IMG/VR virus record: IMGVR_UViG_3300045988_073391
Coordinates: 1-54,717 of that record
Strand: one strand, 5' to 3'
Source of the DNA: a virus
Length of the DNA stretch: 54,717 bases
Part shown: positions 52,856 through 54,717 of the stretch, in pieces
Numbering within the stretch: position 1 is the stretch's first letter
How the letters are laid out: each line of letters begins with the position of its first letter
The notes under the pieces: model-generated
Seen by the model: the letters and a program-made list of their open reading frames with translations, nothing else
Database searches by the model: none
What the model was told of the DNA's origin: nothing
Program-made: the position numbers and the translations under genes

Positions 52856-52927
52856 CGCAGGGTAGAGCAGTGGTAGCTCGTCAGTCTGACTTACTGAAAG
52901 TCGCAAGTTCGATTCTTGCCCCTGCAA
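52856..52927 (+). tRNA. tRNA, anticodon GAC by manual fold (Val), with an initiator-like acceptor end
   Basis: Manual fold: CGCAGGG-TA-GAGC-AGTGGTA-GCTC-G-TCAGT-CTGACTT-ACTGA-AAGTC-GCAAG-TTCGATT-CTTGC-CCCTGCA-A. All four arms are canonical. C1 lies opposite A72, T is at position 37, and CCA is not encoded. Confidence 0.75.
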
Positions 52928-52939
52928 CAACTTACAACA

Positions 52940-53395
52940 ATGAAAGTACTTACGCTATCAATCAAGAGAGAATGGTTTGACAAAATTCTCGCTGGCGAAA
53001 AAGACCATGAGTATCGCGAAGTAACCCCAAAAAGTGGTGGCAAATACATCAATTACATACTAAATGGGCAAATCGTCCCATTCAATTATGATGGCGAAAT
53101 CAAAGATGAAGACACCATAGGCATTGAATGCAGACAATATGACGCTATTAAATTTCTAACTGGTGCGTATAGTGGCAAACGCCCTTGGGCATTAGTAGAA
53201 GTGAAAAGTGTTGAGCACCAATTTCTGTTTGACGAAGATGGTAAAGATGTTTTCGTTAACTCAGCTGTAGAGTATACAGGTAATGGTGCTCAAGTTAGAT
53301 ATGTTCTAAGTGATGAGGAAGATGATTATTGGCTTGTGCAGCGAATGGACTATACCTTGGGCAAAGTACTTGATAAGAATCTAAATCCCGAATAA
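52940..53395 (+). CDS. ASCH-domain protein
   Basis: ATG at 52940. MKVLTLSIKREWFDKILAGEKDHEYRE is the typical ASCH N-terminus. Confidence 0.65.
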   Translation: MKVLTLSIKREWFDKILAGEKDHEYREVTPKSGGKYINYILNGQIVPFNYDGEIKDEDTIGIECRQYDAIKFLTGAYSGKRPWALVEVKSVEHQFLFDEDGKDVFVNSAVEYTGNGAQVRYVLSDEEDDYWLVQRMDYTLGKVLDKNLNPE

Positions 53396-53426
53396 GCCGA
53401 GTTAGAAGAATAACTTGAAAATATAA

Positions 53427-53482
53427 GCGCATTATAGTATCGCATGAATAATATCGTGTGGTGCTATGATGCGCTTTGTTTG
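53427..53482 (+). terminator. 11-bp stem plus T-rich tail
   Basis: GCGCATTATAG (53427-53437) pairs with CTATGATGCGC (53464-53474), followed by TTTGTTTG. Confidence 0.5.
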
Positions 53483-53513
53483 TATTCACATGTATAATTA
53501 AATATCATACAAA

Positions 53514-53765
53514 ATGGCACAAACTGATATTCAGAAGAGAATCAATAAAATGGTTGGTTTTAGAGGTTCTCAAAAAGGAGATGGAAACACTCCTGTTGTG
53601 GCAAGAAAGAACGCACGTTCTGCTTATGATGCAAGAGGAAAAGCTAAGCCAAGAAGTTCTGGTCTTGATGGTAGACGCGACAAGACTGGCACTCGCGGTG
53701 CTTTTGGTAATCGTAAAGACAAGTATCGTGACATTCGTTCCGCATTTGGCCTAAGCACAGGTTAG
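53514..53765 (+). CDS. Highly basic, probably disordered small protein
   Basis: 83 aa rich in R/K/G. The competing frame 53476-53754 looks less protein-like. Confidence 0.4.
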   Translation: MAQTDIQKRINKMVGFRGSQKGDGNTPVVARKNARSAYDARGKAKPRSSGLDGRRDKTGTRGAFGNRKDKYRDIRSAFGLSTG

Positions 53766-53769
53766 TATT

Positions 53770-54447
53770 ATGACCATAATGCAATCATCGCAAAATAGCA
53801 TTCAGAAAGTCCGTGAACAAACGGATAGTGTAATGCTATTTTGCTCATTAGGCAAAGACAGCCTTGTGTTGCTTGACTTGATTTATCCACACTTCAACAA
53901 GATTGTCTGTGTGTTCATGTACTTTGTAAAGGGTCTTGAGCATGTGGAGCGGTGGGTAGATTGGGTTAAGGCCAAATACCCCAAGATTGAATTTGTGCAG
54001 GTGCCTCATTGGAACTTGACATACGTTCTCAGAAGTGGTATGTACTGTGTGGCAAACCCGAAGACAAGGCTTCTCAAGCTCCGCAATGTTGTTGACGCGA
54101 TGAGGCTTAAATATGGCATTCATTATTGCTTTCTCGGCATGAAAAAGGCTGACGGAATGAACCGAAACCTTATGTTGAAAGGCTATGCGTCTAACAACTA
54201 TGAAAATGACGGACTTGTTTACCCATTGGCAGAGTGGACGCAGAAGAACATACTTGCATACATGAAGCAGCACAAACTACCGCAGCCCGTCAGATATGGC
54301 AAGAAGGCATCAAACGGAATAGGGTTTAACATTGACTGCTTCCTGTGGCTGAGGGAGAACTGCCCACAAGACTTATTGAAGATTTACAAAGTATTCCCAC
54401 TGTCACGAAGAATACTATGGGAGTATGACCAAAAGAATACAGACTAA
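53770..54447 (+). CDS. PAPS-reductase-family (PP-loop ATP pyrophosphatase) protein
   Basis: PP-loop variant VMLFCSLGKDSLVLLDLI. 225 aa. Confidence 0.75.
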   Translation: MTIMQSSQNSIQKVREQTDSVMLFCSLGKDSLVLLDLIYPHFNKIVCVFMYFVKGLEHVERWVDWVKAKYPKIEFVQVPHWNLTYVLRSGMYCVANPKTRLLKLRNVVDAMRLKYGIHYCFLGMKKADGMNRNLMLKGYASNNYENDGLVYPLAEWTQKNILAYMKQHKLPQPVRYGKKASNGIGFNIDCFLWLRENCPQDLLKIYKVFPLSRRILWEYDQKNTD

Positions 54448-54573
54448 TTAAAATAAAAGTAGAGTCAGAAGAAAAAGTTTATCACAAACAGAGTCACAAT
54501 TCGCAAGAGTAAAGAATGCACTTGCACAACGCACTCCAAATCCTTCAGTTGGCCTATCTTCCCTTTCTAATAT

Positions 54574-54581
54574 GGGGGGGG
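54574..54581 (+). repeat. G8 homopolymer
   Basis: tatggggggggcaaat; the run begins at the G of ATG 54572-54574. Confidence 0.95.
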
Positions 54582-54662
54582 CAAATGGTAGAATAGCAAA
54601 TTTATACGCAAGAGCGACATCTGCTTACATTAAAAGGAAACAAGCTGCATTAGGTGCGGTAA

Positions 54663-54717
54663 GTGGATAACCATTACATTATAGAAGAAAAGTCAACGCA
54701 GAAGGGATAATCATATA
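54663..54717. repeat. Terminal overlap copy 2 (identical to 1-55)
   Basis: Exact identity read directly. Confidence 0.95.

Larger units (their letters stand above)
1..54662. mobile_element. Complete circular temperate tailed-phage genome (siphovirus-type), unique length 54,662 bp
   Basis: Terminal 55-bp overlap closes the circle. Packaging, head, long non-contractile-tail, lysis, lysogeny (integrase, CI-like repressor) and recombination/replication modules are all present. TAnnTTTG boxes suggest a Bacteroidota host. Confidence 0.8.

Noticed and set aside
1-54717. Stop-codon reassignment with a suppressor tRNA, as in some gut phages.
   Set aside because: Long ORFs (terL, portal, tape measure, fibres, int) are intact under the standard code. 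The single tRNA has anticodon GAC, not CUA, UCA or UUA. The lone in-frame TAA at the junction is not enough evidence.

Overview
The window is one complete, circularly closed genome of a temperate siphovirus-type phage. Bases 1-55 are identical to 54663-54717, so the unique length is 54,662 bp. Repeated TAnnTTTG promoter boxes and the Bacteroides-type integrase and KilA-N genes suggest a Bacteroidota host (inference). Gene order on the + strand: ParB-like nuclease, small and large terminase, portal, an inserted HTH/amidoligase/Ntn-amidotransferase cassette, scaffold, decoration-like protein, gpE-like major capsid, head-tail joining genes, major tail, chaperone pair, a 2,081-aa tape measure, baseplate and fibre genes, and a lysis cassette (holin, GH108 endolysin, unimolecular-spanin-like lipoprotein). 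Next comes an accessory island with two convergent HTH-ImmA/IrrE metalloprotease fusions, a HigB-like toxin and an orphan Gln/Asn-rich membrane protein. Then integrase, KilA-N and a CI-like repressor lie on the - strand. The early/middle region follows: ERF, PD-(D/E)XK nuclease, SSB, NinB-like, Bro-N/KilAC antirepressor, NinG-like, replication initiator, many small ORFs, MazG, N6A-methyltransferase, ASCH and a PAPS-reductase-like protein. Most unusual by eye: (1) four non-canonical tRNA-like RNAs with an acceptor/T-arm minihelix plus one near-canonical tRNA, each 12-36 nt upstream of a start codon except the first unit of the tandem pair, which directly abuts the second; that pair shows compensatory helix changes. 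(2) The tRNA has an initiator-type C1xA72 end but a GAC anticodon. (3) The amidoligase/Ntn cassette is insulated and has its own divergent regulator inside the head module. (4) The ImmA/IrrE-HigB island. (5) The CI-like repressor has no canonical start codon. (6) A 34-bp direct repeat containing the integrase start brackets the KilA-N gene. All family calls come from motifs read by eye; no database search was run.
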